Below are positions 24,739-36,306 of a DNA stretch of 64,000 nucleotides, piece by piece (position 1 is the first letter of the stretch; the number at the start of each line of letters is the position of its first letter). The stretch comes from Balanoglossus misakiensis (Eukaryota > Animalia > Hemichordata), in assembly GCA_040954595.2 (NCBI GenBank), contig CM082597.2, positions 9,269,778 through 9,333,777 of the forward strand, read 5' to 3'. The translations under genes and the position numbers were made by a program. Below the pieces are notes generated by a model that made no database searches, had not been told where the DNA came from, and was given only the letters and a program-made list of their open reading frames with translations.

Positions 24739-25176
24739 TTTATGTATGTATGTATGTATGTATGTATGTATGTATGTATGTATGTATGTATGTATGTATG
24801 TATGTATTTATGTATGTATGTATGTATGTATGCATGCATGCATGCATGTATGTATGTATGTATTGTATATGTATGTAAGAAAATATAGGAACTGCCAAAA
24901 TTGAAAATAATTATGAAATGGTAAACGTCTGAATAGAGGCTCCCAAGTAACAGATACCGTGATTCGCTGCACCCCAAAACTCGAGTATATTTCATGTATA
25001 TGAAGTATATGTATAATGTTGTAAAGAGTTATGTTTCGTGACTGTGTGTGTTCGTTTGCAGGAGCAAACACTCAGCTAAGAAGAACAGTGTTCATCCACT
25101 GAAAGATATAAATCACCGTGGTAGTCTTGGCACTGGCTCTGGAATTGATGAATTGACTGCCAGTGAACAAACTTAA
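3446..25176 (+). CDS. von Willebrand factor D and EGF domain-containing (VWDE-like) type I membrane protein, 16 coding exons, ~1123 aa
   Basis: Exons 3446-3503, 5065-5457, 5758-5820, 15951-16252, 17602-17688, 18137-18481, 19444-19517, 19708-19795, 20272-20478, 21076-21332, 21500-21971, 22360-22737, 23184-23450, 23893-24007, 24442-24592, 25062-25176. All GT-AG, phases compatible, total 3372 nt with no internal stop. Signal peptide; Cys-rich WYRF...GCGT domain; VWD motifs DPHYKTFDG and GLCGSYDG; EGF CPKNCNGNGNC...CLCHEGYTAVDC; hydrophobic TM segment. Confidence 0.88.
4015..4072 (+). CDS. VWDE-like alternative exon 1b (signal peptide MRLLCSALPLGTVLLLVLQ)
   Basis: Paralogous to exon 1a, same 58-nt length, CAAG|GTGGG donor in phase 1. 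Confidence 0.7.
5065..5457 (+). CDS. VWDE-like exon 2, UMOD/GP2/OIT3-type Cys-rich (D8C-like) domain
   Basis: DPCYNH...LCD...WYRF...GGQM...SCGTRYPLYM...VKKCDGYYVYRL...CPSAYCA. Confidence 0.9.
5758..5820 (+). CDS. VWDE-like exon 3
   Basis: tttag|GAACT...TACAG|gttagt; encodes GTELRCADGTSSPTGFTPGCT. Confidence 0.8.
5934..6215. mobile_element. Tourist/PIF-Harbinger-like MITE
   Basis: TIR GGCCAAATAAAAAAAATATGTG...; TAA duplicated at both flanks; related copies at 27908-28217 and 28493-28796. Confidence 0.8.
7055..8420 (+). pseudogene. gag-like ORF1 of YR retrotransposon (frameshifted, with stops)
   Basis: ATG at 7055; fragments RLTRALSIQEFILAF, YYEYHQAFSARAA, KVDWSRRD; C-terminal CNNFNSANNCKRINCPYAHVC. 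Confidence 0.75.
8430..9843 (+). pseudogene. reverse transcriptase/RNase H of YR retrotransposon (frameshifts, internal deletion)
   Basis: ORFs 8430-8618, 8615-9535 and 9451-9843; KTDI directly abuts HLLYDF, so the central RT region is deleted and the xxDD motif is mutated. Confidence 0.85.
9840..10316 (+). pseudogene. tyrosine recombinase remnant
   Basis: N-terminal SLSPRTFSTY and LKYTTLRTYLAAI; C-terminal GHSFRIGAATSAA...IQTLGRLSSDCYRRYIR; middle region missing. Confidence 0.85.
11543..13070. mobile_element. Foldback-like non-autonomous element with terminal and internal inverted repeats
   Basis: Outer IR TTACTACCAATTTCAAAATAGCTTGGAAATTCTTTGTCCTCTGG (11543-11586 vs 13023-13070); inner ~95-bp IR at about 11753-11846 vs 12562-12656. 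Confidence 0.75.
13255..13511 (+). repeat. Right-end fragment of a TIR element ending GCCGCTCCACTA (Academ-like)
   Basis: Near-identical to 34185-34440; inverted partial copy at about 32215-32410. Confidence 0.65.
13540..14372 (+). mobile_element. Degraded Gypsy LTR-retrotransposon pol fragment, Gmr1-like domain order
   Basis: Integrase C-terminal region (YDK...FEPGDNVLVLLP...KYSGQYQV...CHVNMLKRY) lies upstream of RT (HDIDVG...SSPIILVPKGDGGVRICVDFRKVN...YPLP...IDLQKGYWQV). Confidence 0.85.
15360..15605. repeat. Degenerate ~23-bp tandem repeat (AAATTAATTC core)
   Basis: About 10 recurrences of aaattaattc/aataattc at ~23-nt spacing. Confidence 0.7.
15951..16252 (+). CDS. VWDE-like exon 4
   Basis: tttcag acceptor, gtaagt donor, open frame (ORF 15935-16279). 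Confidence 0.85.
16768..17561. mobile_element. TTAA-flanked MITE with long TIRs (Kolobok-like)
   Basis: ttaa|GATGGGTCCCTAGGATCTTTTTGC ... GCAAAAAGATCCTAGGGACCCATC|ttaa; imperfect IR extends more than 110 bp. Confidence 0.85.
17602..17688 (+). CDS. VWDE-like exon 5
   Basis: FRCSVTSAFAGGTQTSSEKFSVDFFAGIT, gtaagt donor. Confidence 0.82.
18137..18481 (+). CDS. VWDE-like exon 6
   Basis: ttacag acceptor, gtaggt donor, within ORF 18110-18523. Confidence 0.85.
19444..19517 (+). CDS. VWDE-like exon 7, start of VWD domain
   Basis: ATCWGVSDPHYKTFDG. Confidence 0.88.
19708..19795 (+). CDS. VWDE-like exon 8 (VWD)
   Basis: FHDWYGTGDYVMVRE...FE; phase-2 acceptor matches exon 7. Confidence 0.85.
20272..20478 (+). 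CDS. VWDE-like exon 9 (VWD)
   Basis: VHVRLRPC...SCNCAVAVREGND, a VWDE-type motif. Confidence 0.88.
21076..21332 (+). CDS. VWDE-like exon 10 (VWD end)
   Basis: VEGLCGSYDGNTENDF. Confidence 0.88.
21500..21971 (+). CDS. VWDE-like exon 11
   Basis: SLF...WPTASGITEGDARQRC...CIFDI, typical of VWDE-family proteins. Confidence 0.88.
22360..22737 (+). CDS. VWDE-like exon 12 (EGF-like domain)
   Basis: CPKNCNGNGNCTTNGTCLCHEGYTAVDC, CDVRKRPC. Confidence 0.9.
23184..23450 (+). CDS. VWDE-like exon 13
   Basis: YHVSSDSW...CYLP...ISISNDG...YDSLCFNC; phase 0-0. Confidence 0.8.
23893..24007 (+). CDS. VWDE-like exon 14
   Basis: DACLINGKCYADNEKSPFDDCLRC...WT. Confidence 0.85.
24442..24592 (+). CDS. VWDE-like exon 15 (transmembrane helix)
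   Basis: WMLALIITVPLCTIMITVIAMIMIVI followed by KK. Confidence 0.8.
24650..24876. repeat. (TATG)n microsatellite preceded by (CTGT)n
   Basis: Directly visible. Confidence 0.95.
25062..25176 (+). CDS. VWDE-like terminal exon (short cytoplasmic tail)
   Basis: tttgcag acceptor in phase 2; SKHSAKKNSVHPLKD...SEQT then TAA. Confidence 0.75.
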
Positions 25177-27907
25177 GGTGTGCAAAATTACTTTTGTTCA
25201 AATCCCATTGTTTTATCTTATAAGTTGGCAAAACATGTATGCTATTCTGGTAATAATGCAGATATCGAGGATAGTACTTATGGCTACTATGTTTTTGAAA
25301 TTGTCACTGTTTCATAGTTTGAAATGACAACAGTGCTTTAGTTGACCTTTCTGTAATGTCAAGAATTCAGGGATTGTTTTTCTGAATATTTTTATTTAGT
25401 CTGTGCAGAAAATAATGATTTAGGCCGTTCACATTACTCAACAAAGGCTAGGTCCGTGGCCGAGCAAAACAAAAACAGATGTGAACGGGTCTGGCCGACC
25501 CTTGTCAGGACAATTTTTGCCCCAGTGGAATGGGGTGGTTTGTGTCCTACTCTGGTCCGACTCCTGTCCCAGCACAGTGTGTGTGGACACGTTTTGTCCG
25601 ACTCTGGTCCTAGTTGACACATTTTACAATTGACATAAACAGTGTAGTCTATCATTTGACAATGGTGAAAATTGTATAAACAACTAGAAGAGGACAAACA
25701 TGGTTCTGCTTTATAAGGTCAAAGGTTGGCGAGACGATGTTGGCCAGGACTGTCCGAACGTGAACGGGGACTAAAGATTAGCTTATCTTGTCACAATCAT
25801 CGGGATTAGTCATGTCCGGGCATGGGTCTAGATGTGACCCCACTAATTGCATAACTTCCAAAGTGTCATTTTGAAGTGTGTACAGGAACGGTTTTTGTTT
25901 CCATACCAACGTGACCTCCTCAAGCAAATGAACATTACCACGCAGTCTTTTAGATCCGTTATCACTATACATGTATGTCTGAAACGCTCTACCAAGTGAG
26001 GCCTTATTACAATGGCTAACATGACGTGTAAACATGATGTAACAGTGCCAATTCGGGCATTTCGTTCAATGTCTCTGACTCACTTGAACTAGAGGTACTT
26101 ACAACATGTAAATCAGTCACCGAATGTTTATTGCAGTCTACCTACAAGCAGAATGGCGTTTATTTACAGTTAACCAGTATTTTATAAGCATGTTTCAAGA
26201 CCCAGAAAAATGTTGTATCAAACAAAATTACCCAGTCAGAGCAACTTTTGCCTAACTATTCATAAAATGCTCGTAATTACTGTGTATTATGAATCTGAAA
26301 CTAACCCCATACTCATTGTTATTTTTCAGGGTGTCTAAACTGGACCGTGTAACCCACAACACATGCCAATTCCATTACAAATCTGATTATATACATATGC
26401 GTGTTTGTTATTTGTAATCTAAACTGTATTGTCGATGACGACAAAAGTTTGATTTTTTACATTTGTTTGATATAAATATGTCATGTGATGATTTAAAAAC
26501 CATATTCAATACGAGTACTACATTATATTTATACCAGAAAACATACATAACAAGCATATATTACTTTATGGTACAATATACATGTACTAAATATATCCAA
26601 GATTTCAAAGGTCGTTGCTTAAACAGATTCTGCAGTCACCTGAGTGACTGAAAACATGCAACTGAAGAATTTTAATGTGGTACGTGGCACTGTTCTGCCT
26701 GGTCAGAGATGAATATGTCAAGTTCAAAAGTCATAAAAAGAATTTTGTACCAGACAAGGATGGAAAAGAGATGGTTTATGTGGGTCACTGTTTAAAATTG
26801 TTTGATTTGCCAGTGAAGGACTACCTTGTCCATAATGTGATCAAGTGACCAGGAGGTTTCGCACCAGTGTGCAGTGAAAAGCTGTAGTAACAAAGATTTC
26901 ACAAATTGTCATTTACATGTACACGGAAGCATTTAATGCTACAATAATTTACTATTGCCACAAGGCATTTCCCTGTATGTTACTGTGAATGTATGAATCA
27001 CTTGTTATCATCTGACTTCATAACTACTAGTATTGTCAAAATCAATTGCAAATGTAACATTACTACACATAGCATATTAAATAGCATAATTGTGTTTGAG
27101 ATCTTGTGTGTAGAAATATATCATGTTAAAATGTCCAGTATTCAGTTTGCCATTGTTATTGTTGACACCTTAATTCTAGTCTGGACTTGAATTGAATTTT
27201 CAATTCTAATAATGCTGATTATACACACATTGGAATTGAGGACCAAAATAATATTATGTATTCTATCATGCTTCAGGGAGCCGAGTAAACTAAATTCGGG
27301 AAAAAAAGGAAGGTATAGTTCACAGTTACAGCTAATGGAGCTTTAACGTAAGTCGGGTTCTTAGCATCAAATTTGACAAAAGTTGACATATTTTTAACAC
27401 TGTAATCACATGAATTTCTTCACTTTATTTAGCATTGAACCAAAACACTAATAAATGCTCTCGAGGGTTGATTACTATTAAAATACACCAAATACATCTG
27501 CATTACTTCTCATTTGTGTCATATTTTATCCGTTCCCGGCAGTATTACAAAACTAATTCGTGGAATATACTTGGGACAAGTGGACAAGTTTGCAAGAAGC
27601 TCATATTGACACTGGCCAGAGAGCCAGCATTCATCTACCTTGTTCGCTTTTCTTTGCTGCCTAATCCCGTAAATCTTAAAGCTTATGCACTTAGTTTATG
27701 TCTAGATTACTTTTATACCCAAGGTAATACAATTCATACTTCTACAATAACGTTTGTCCTGTAGAGTCAGTTACCTCACGCGATCACATCAGGTGAGGTG
27801 ATGTCATACATATGTGTGGCTGTCTGTCTATCCGTATGTGCATGTGTGTGTATGTGTGTGTGACATGAATACATTTTAATACAGCGTGTATCACTGATAA
27901 ATGACCA

Positions 27908-28217
27908 GGCCAAAATAAACAAAATATGTGCTGTTCCGATTACCCTACCCTAATTTTACCCCGCTGACCCTAATCTTATAGAGCTTCGTAAATCCGGAAG
28001 TAAAAATAACGATGTCAAATATACACAATTTATGAAAATTGCCCAAATCACGCGAGAACGACGAAATCACCCGCATCACACAAGAACTGTGACGTCATTC
28101 TTCTACACTAAGGCGGCCAGAAAATTAAAAAAAATCGCAAATAAAAAAATTTCCCTACGTACCTACCCTATTTTTGAAAACCATGTAATCGGAACAGCAC
28201 ATATAATTTTTTTGGCC
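27908..28217. mobile_element. MITE, same family as 5934-6215
   Basis: Shared TIR and internal sequence (GAGCTTCGTAAA, GACGTCATTCTTC). Confidence 0.8.
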
Positions 28218-28492
28218 CTATGATTGCTAAACACAAGTTTTATGTGTCAACATCATGATAATCAAATCACTGCAAATTTTCCATCGATTGCGCCAATGGC
28301 TGCCGCTACCGACTACCAGCAAGCCTGGTCACCAGCATCGACTTCCCTGCGCTAATATGTACGAGTGGCGAGCTCGCACAATTTAAGTACGTGTGAAAGT
28401 AGAGGCCCAAAGTGCGCGTCATTGTGAGGGTGGAAGTGGATATGAGAGGGCAAACGAAGTGGTCAAATTTAACTATTCAGCTATTCAGCTTA

Positions 28493-28796
28493 GGCAAAAC
28501 ATATTGTGTGCTGCTCCGATTACATGGTTTTCAAAAATAGGGTAGGTGGGGATTTTTGTGCATTTTTTTTATTTTCGCTTGCCGCCGTACTGTAGAAGAA
28601 TGGCGTCATAGTTCTTGCGTGATGAGCGCGATTTCGTCATAGTTCTCTGGTTATTCGCGCTATTTTTATAAATTTTGTATATTTTAAATCGTTATTTTTA
28701 TTTCCGAGTTTATGAAGCTCTAAAATGTTCAGGGTTGGTGAGTTAAAATTAGGGTAGGTCGAGAAATCGGAACAGCACTTATTTTTTATTTTGGCC
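28493..28796. mobile_element. MITE, same family as 5934-6215, inverted
   Basis: Reverse-complement copy; TTA flanks. Confidence 0.8.
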
Positions 28797-28800
28797 TTAA

Positions 28801-28988
28801 AGGTATACGGTCACCTATTGAAAATTATGATCTATAGTTACCATGGCAAATTGAGATCTAGCCAATCATAGATTTTCAATGGGTGGCACACACGAACAAA
28901 AACGCGCCGCCATATGTTCTTTAGACCACTCAAATACACAATTTCAGCCATATATGGGCGTGTGTCAATTGAAGGTGACCGTATACCT
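28801..28988. mobile_element. Short TTAA-flanked MITE
   Basis: ttaa|AGGTATACGGTCACCT ... AGGTGACCGTATACCT|ttaa. Confidence 0.85.
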
Positions 28989-29984
28989 TTAATAGTCAGA
29001 ACGCTGGGTCGGTGCACGCACATCTCCGACACGCGTCACGTGATGCTTGCCTAATCGTTCTATTTGTCATGACAGCAGTACTCCATACACTCTCATTGTC
29101 GCCACTATCGACATCAAACAGTCTTCGTTCAGCTTCGGACACGGTGTTTTCTACAAGTGTGGTCGTCACTGAAAAGTAACCACAATGGAACTGCTATGTC
29201 TAATCACCTTTCTATCAACCAGTTTTGCTATAGACTAAAGTATATGGTGGGCTGCATCATGATCGTCGTATCATTTTTGACAACGGTGAATGAGTACTTC
29301 TCGTCTCATTCCAACGTCGGGTGCATCAAGCCATGACGAGTATATTGGATTTGTATTGAGCCATGATGAAAATAATCTTGTTTATAGTTTTTTGGGCCAA
29401 TTCGCATCCCACTTTGGGTTCTAAGGCATCTGATCACCAGGGAAGAAACCACGGACGCGGACAATGCGCCTGGTACACCTCTGATAAGTCGCGTCATATC
29501 CGCGCTGAGAAGTTCTATCTGCAGTTTACCCTGGGTTGGGCCAATAATTGCCTCAGTATGAACTACGTACTCTAAGTGTTGTACATGTTGTGAGAGTCCA
29601 CGTTGGAATTCTCTTCTAGCCGGTTGCTTTCGTGGAGAAGATCGAAGGTTTCGACGCTAGGCTCGTCGAACTAGAATCAAACGCGGCGAACAATTCCGAG
29701 AAGCTTGCCGAGATTACACATGGTGTTGCCAATCAGCACAAAGATGTCATCAAACTGAAATGACGTTAACAGACGTCTGGAAAAAGTTGACCGCGTCGAA
29801 TCTCAGTGCCGACAGATTGTACAAATAAAGTCAGAATGGAATTTCGCCTCCTTTGAACAACAACAGAGACTGACGTCACAACAATGATAGAAAAAGTGAA
29901 AGAAATGGTCAAAAAACGGAAAATGTTGGAAAACGCGCGGAATCCTCAGCACAGACATCTGGTAATAAAACCACCACATCAAAT

Positions 29985-32900
29985 TAGTCAGGTGGAAATT
30001 TCAGAAAATGAGCATTTTAAAAGCATGTCAGGCATTTTTTGGTACAAGCTGGGAACAAGTTGTTTTTGGATATTTCGAATACGCTGATTTCGAATTTGCC
30101 TGTTCCCAAAAATTCTTTTCACGTTTTCATGTCGAAAATGGCAAATTAATTTGTGACGTCATAATTTCAAAATACCTAAAAGAAAACGCTGTTTGTAGCC
30201 ATTATGGTGCAATATCACAGGTCAACACCATAATAGTCTATTGAAATCATATTCTTATATTCATTTAAATATTTTTAAACAATTTTTTTAATTTAGAAAC
30301 ATTTTGTGAATTGGTAAAATGCTAATTTATGTTAATTAGGTCCAGGTGGAAATTTCAGAAAATGAGCATTTTAAAAGCATGTCATTCATTTTTTTGGTAC
30401 AAGCTGGGAACAAGTTGTTTTTGGATATTTCGAATACGCTGATTTCGAATTTGCCTGTTCCCAAAAATTCTTTTCACGTTTTCATGTCGAAAATGGCAAA
30501 TTAATTTGTGACGTCATAATTTAGAAATACCTAAAAGAAAACGCTGTTTGTAGCCATTATGGTGCAATATCACAGGTCAACACCATAATAGTCTATTGAA
30601 ATCATATTCTTATATTCATTTAAATATTTTTAAACAATTTTTTTAATTTAGAAACATTTTGTGAATTGGTAAAATGCTAATTTATGTTAATTAGGTCCAG
30701 GTGGAAATTTCAGAAAATGAGCATTTTAAAAGCATGTCATTCATTTTTTTGGTACAAGCTGGGAACAAGTTGTTTTTGGATATTTCGAATACGCTGATTT
30801 CGAATTTGCCTGTTCCCAAAAATTCTTTTCACGTTTTCATGTCGAAAATGGCAAATTAATTTGTGACGTCATAATTTAGAAATACCTAAAAGAAAACGCT
30901 GTTTGTAGCCATTATGGTGCAATATCACAGGTCAACACCATAATAGTCTATTGAAATCATATTCTTATATTCATTTAAATATTTTTAAACAATTTTTTTA
31001 ATTTAGAAACATTTTATGAATTGGTAAAATGCTAATTTATGTTAATTAGGTCCAGGTGGAAATTTCAGAAAATGAGCATTTTAAAAGCATGTCATTCATT
31101 TTTTTGGTACAAGCTGGGAACAAGTTGTTTTTGGATATTTCGAATACGCTGATTTCGAATTTGCCTGTTCCCAAACATTCTTTTCACGTTTTCATGTCGA
31201 AAATGGCAAATTAATTTGTGACGTCATAATTTAGAAATACCTAAAAGAAAACGCTGTTTGTAGCCATTATGGTGCAATATCACAGGTCAACACCATAATA
31301 GTCTATTGAAATCATATTCATATATCATTTAAATATTTTTACACAATTTTTTTAATTTAGAAAAATTTGGTGAATTGGTAAAAATGCTAATTTATGTTAA
31401 TTAGGTGACACGCCAATCTAAAATCAATGGTCTACAAAAGAGAGCCAACGGTGTTAAGTGAGGTGTCTATTCCAATGTTTTCAGGGTCAAGGAATTCAAA
31501 TATGCAATCGTTTACCTTGTCAGACAAGGTGCAGCATGGAAAATATGCAAAATTAGCTTAATTAGTCATGATGTCATGCTAAAATTGACAACTGAAAGCT
31601 AATGATACAACTCTGGCCTGTGAGGTGTCTATTCACATGTTTTTTGGCAAATGTTTGCATTTTAATGAATAACTGAAATGAAACTTTTCATATTTGTATG
31701 TACATGTAATAGCATGTAAAAACAACAAAAACAAACAAATAAACATACACAACGAGGATTTAGTTTAGACTGTACATGCTCGTTGGTAACATCGTGACCG
31801 ATCGCTCCGTTAAAAAACACCAGAACATTGAACGTATGAACGTTTAGGTCCACAATTCACAAGTAATTGAACTATGAATGTATGTTCAATGTTGTGAAAA
31901 GCCAAAAACATACTTTTTGCCAACAAAACTGGCATTTGTTAACGTACAAGTTGTTCATTAATAGCGAAAGCATCGTATGGCCACACTCACATTATGCCAG
32001 CACCGTATATTCATGCTTAGTTATAAGACGTTGAATGCACACTGATGGCCCGACGTCCTCGGTGTTTTTTTGAAACCCGGTCTCTAACAACAATTTCTCT
32101 TCATAAGTAAAGAGTAATGTGTATTTTTATTACGTTTTTATATATGATACTGTGTGCAAAGTGAACATTGTGTCAGTGAGGCAACATATATACATGTATA
32201 TTTAATCCACTTGGGTGTCGTACTTGGCTCAGATGTGCGTTAATGTGTACTAAACAAATTCAGATAGCGAGCCACAAATCTTTGATGAGTTTCCATGGCA
32301 ACCATTTTTTCATTTTTTCAAAATGGCCGCCAATACAGATAATCTCACCCACAAAATAACAATTATAAAACACCACAATAAATTCATATTACAATATTTG
32401 AAACAAGAAACTGCTCAAAGAGTAATTTTCAAAATATATATCATCACTAAACTAGTTATAGGGGTAAATACAGGATCGAGATTCAGTCGCTAAAGAAATT
32501 CAAGTTTGGTAATAACACTGGTTACAACAAACTTAGTTAAAACACTGTATAACCATATATATATTATAATAGTGGCCTGGCATAAACACAATTTTCGTAA
32601 CATTTGGGCATTTTGTGATAAAAGTTTAACAAGTAAAGCTCAGTTGATTCGTTATTTTCCCCATAAAAATATCTTTGATGAACAAAATTCCAAATTTAGT
32701 CAACCCAGGAAAAAACGGCATCTTGTTTCTCAACCTTATAAATTGATCTGACCAGTTTCAATCAGTGCAGAATCCAGCTTTTCTATTTTATCTTCATCAA
32801 ATGATTCATGCAAATAAAGAATCACTTCCCCATAAAATGGTGGCAGAAAGCAAGTATCATGACAGTCGATTGGTTTGTTAAAGTTACTATAGAAACAAAC

Positions 32901-34977
32901 TATGTCTAGGGTGCATGTACATAGATAGATGTTAGGAATCAAAATCAAAATCTGTTTCAAACTTTTCATCCAATACTTGTCCTTCGGAAAGCGTTTTGAT
33001 GAAGTCGCTTGAAGTGCTTTGTATTGCTCATGTTATCGATAATTTTAATCGCACCTTGATGATAGTCAGCAGTTCTATTTTGACATGTTATTTTGTGTAT
33101 TTTTGAACCCCCAAAATCAAAGAATAAAATGATAAAGTGAAAATAAGCTTCAAAACACCAAAAGTCTTCAGGATCACAGCTTTTCTGTAAAGAGTAAGAT
33201 TTCGCTTACTTCATGCTATTAAATGAAATGAAGTTTTCCGTAATATCTCTTGCAAAGTCAGATCTTTACACATTGAGATTACACATAGAATGGAAGTACA
33301 TTCCAAGTGACTTGTTGGGAGCCTTGGGGCACCTAATCCCAGAAAATTGCAATAAGACCTGTTTTTCCATTTACCAATCTAAAGGCCAACTGCTTGTATA
33401 TTTAGTTGGGTTTCTATAATTAACACACATTTTTGACAATATTTATGGCATGATGGACACTATTCTCGACAAATAAAATAATGTTGTGTCCTCCGGTGTA
33501 ATTTTTATGAGTTTGGAATCATAGACACCATTTATCTTTTGGTCAACTCTGTTAACAGTCGTCAAAATTGCTGGAGTGGAACTGATACATGATCTAAAGT
33601 ATCAAGACATATGGTCGATTATTAACGTTTCAGCAATTTGACTTAAGTTTCTTTAATTTCCTATGGCATTTTGACAAACATCAACACCCCGAAAAAACGT
33701 TGTCAACGCTGCGGTGGCGATTGTGGTCGAAACAAAGCCGCGTGGTTCGTTACCCGGGGGTCCATTTAGATTGCATTGCGTTTGAGGCCCTATGTCTGTC
33801 GACCAATAAACGTGACGACCGCGGACTCAGTTTGGATCAACGTCTATTTCGGGCAGTGGACTCTCCTATCAAGTTGATAAGGAAATGTTACCAGTCACGA
33901 GTAAGCCAAGCCCACATCCGTGTGCAATTCGAATATATCGGTGATCTGTTTATATGATTATCATTAGCTAAGGTGGTAAACTGTTGTGATTCATATGTGT
34001 AATTTACGTACTGCAAGTTAAATATCGCAATTAGCCTAATGTTTGACCATAGACAGTATGGTTTGACTTCTAGAGGAGCACCTATTAATCCGAAAGGGAT
34101 TAAAAGTTGTGCCTTTAAATTGTGTTTTGATAACTTACTTACCCCTATAAGTAGTTTAGTAACCATAATGTCTTTGCAAATTATTCTTTCCACAGTTCCT
34201 TGTATCAAATATAGTAATCTAAATTTATTTTGGTGTTTACAGATGTTATTTGGTGGGTGAAATTATCTGTATTGGTGGCCATTTTGAAAAATTGGTTGCC
34301 ATGGAAACTCATCAACAGATATTTAGTGGCTCCCTATCTGAATTTTTTTAGTACACATTAACACACATCTTAGCCAAGTTTGGTGCTTTTATCACAAAAT
34401 GCACAATCGCTATGAAAATTAGGGTTTGGCCGCTCCACTACAGGGCTTTAGACGGCCATATTGAATTGCCACATCGAGGCTCTTATCTCAAAATGAACTT
34501 CACACTTGAAGTGTTGTTTTGAACAAGATTTAAGTCCTTTATTAAAATAAAGAAAAGGTATTTTTTTTCCAATGATTGTGAGTTTTTAGTACATGTACTG
34601 CTACACCTAGCTTTATTATTATTTGTTAGCCAAAAATCAACGAATTATTCATACAATATGCAAATTTTTGCATAATTATTGTTTTATTGTTGCTAGTTTG
34701 TGTTTATACAACCAAAAAAGTTGTTGTTGTAAACATGTAGTTTATTTTCATTGTTTAAGGAGGTACGTGAACATTTCTTTGATGCTATTCATGTGAGAAT
34801 TGCGATCCTTGGCGGCCATATTTGATTTGCCAAAACGAGGCTCTTATCTCAAAAAGATCTTTTGGGAACAGGCATTTTCGAAATCAGCGTAGTCGAATTG
34901 ACCAAAAAACATATTTGGTTTGCTTGTACCAAAAAATGCCAGAGGGGGTCACAATTTCTCAAATCTCCACCTGACTA
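29985..34977. mobile_element. Non-autonomous TIR DNA transposon (Academ-like TAG...CTA ends) containing a tandem array and nested insertions
   Basis: Left TAGTCAGGTGGAAATTT...GGCATTTTTTGGTACAAGC...GCCTGTTCCCAAAA is the inverted match of about 34858-34977; AAT flanks both ends. Confidence 0.7.
29989..31405. repeat. Tandem repeat, 4 x 354-355 bp, near-identical units
   Basis: GGTGGAAATTTCAGAAAATGAGC starts at 29991, 30345, 30700 and 31055. Confidence 0.95.
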
Positions 34978-35039
34978 AATACAACAACAAGTAGTGCAGG
35001 ACAAACCGCCACCAGTAACCATGACAACAAATCTGAAGG

Positions 35040-35660
35040 CAATGCTGGGGAACCCTTGCACATACAACTAGGCCTACAGAGAAATGCTGCCCAGCGCCAT
35101 TCCCGGTCTGACAGCGGCAAAAAGATGTTTTTTTTTCTCTCAGAAGCGATCTCAGTGTGAGCTGCATGGGATTAAACTGTAGGTCGGGAATACTTGGAAT
35201 TTAGCGAGCGCAACAAAAAGACATGTTGCGGTCAACACGTACCTAAGTTTCGAACCCGTTTTATCGTCACCACAGCTCGGCAACCAACGTGTGGTACAAC
35301 TTCAAGCTACAATATACTGGAAAGAATAGTACATTGATATTTACATTTCAGCTAGATTGCGCAAACTGTCCAGTACAGCAGCACCAGTCAGAAGGAAAAA
35401 CATTTTCTACAGTAAAACTTGTGAAAAGAAAAGTCAGAAGCAGCGATCAGGACAAAAAACTTCCGGACTTGTGTTTAAGAAAGCTAATTGCCTTTTCAAT
35501 CAAGACTGGGCAACCAATAGATGGGTTTAAACATTTTGTACCATTACCCAGGGCCATATGTGGTGCAGATGGTAGTATGTGTCACCAAGGTACAAAGTCC
35601 AACACTACCAAGGTACTTAAATCCAGATACCAACAGGAGAATGTCATGGTAGATAAGGGA
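35040..35660. pseudogene. Possible degraded DNA-transposase fragments
   Basis: + strand FVPLPRAICGADGSMCHQGTKS segment; - strand Cys-rich CRCQTG/CRPSCMCKG remnant. Family assignment uncertain. Confidence 0.3.
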
Positions 35661-36306
35661 CTTGTTCTTTGGTTGGGGGTGTATTCTATTTTTGTAGATA
35701 TCAAGAGACTGACCCCCTCCCTCATTGAACATGGAAAAGTTGGTGACCCCCCCCCCCCCTTCACCAAATTGAAAAGCAGGGTGATCTCCACGAATCCACC
35801 CCAGGCAAAGAAACGATTTGGGTGGCGAATCCCTTGCGATGAACGTTAGTCAGCTTCTACATTGAGGGAGGGAGGGCGGGAATTTTGCCAACAGTATACT
35901 GCCATTCATGTATTCAATGATCACATCATGAATGTGTACAATGACCTAGAAAAGCCATCTCCCCATTCGTATTGTTCCTGCCCGTCTTCTTACTTTACTG
36001 GCGTATTGCAAGCTAAGGGAAGGCCACATGTTGCTGCTTTAATCCTTTTATACCTGTTCTCATTTGCATATTGCGTATGGATATCGCTTCGTGATGAGCC
36101 TTTGAATAGCTAAATATTTAAAGCCTCTTTACTTCTCTCAAGGATTTCCCTATTGTTACAGAATGGGTCAAACTTTTTGGGTGGCTCCACCACACGCTAA
36201 TTCCTCTTGCATGCATCCCATTCCTAAGGCATAGTTATCTATCCAGTCCTTAATAATATATACTATTATTTGTGTCGCTCGTCCAAATCTTACTACAAAA
36301 TCATCA

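Noticed and set aside
24509-25071. ORFs rich in MYVC/HTYI
   Set aside because: Translations of the (TATG)n microsatellite
29500-29830. Coiled-coil-like fragment (EKIEGFDARLVELESN), possible LINE ORF1 relic
   Set aside because: Short, interrupted by stops, no diagnostic motif
29989-31405. CRISPR-like array
   Set aside because: Units are 355 bp, contiguous and identical with no unique spacers; the context is eukaryotic with no cas genes
36230-36280. Possible terminal repeat of the second DIRS element matching about 39940-39965
   Set aside because: Similarity is limited to AT-rich low-complexity bases
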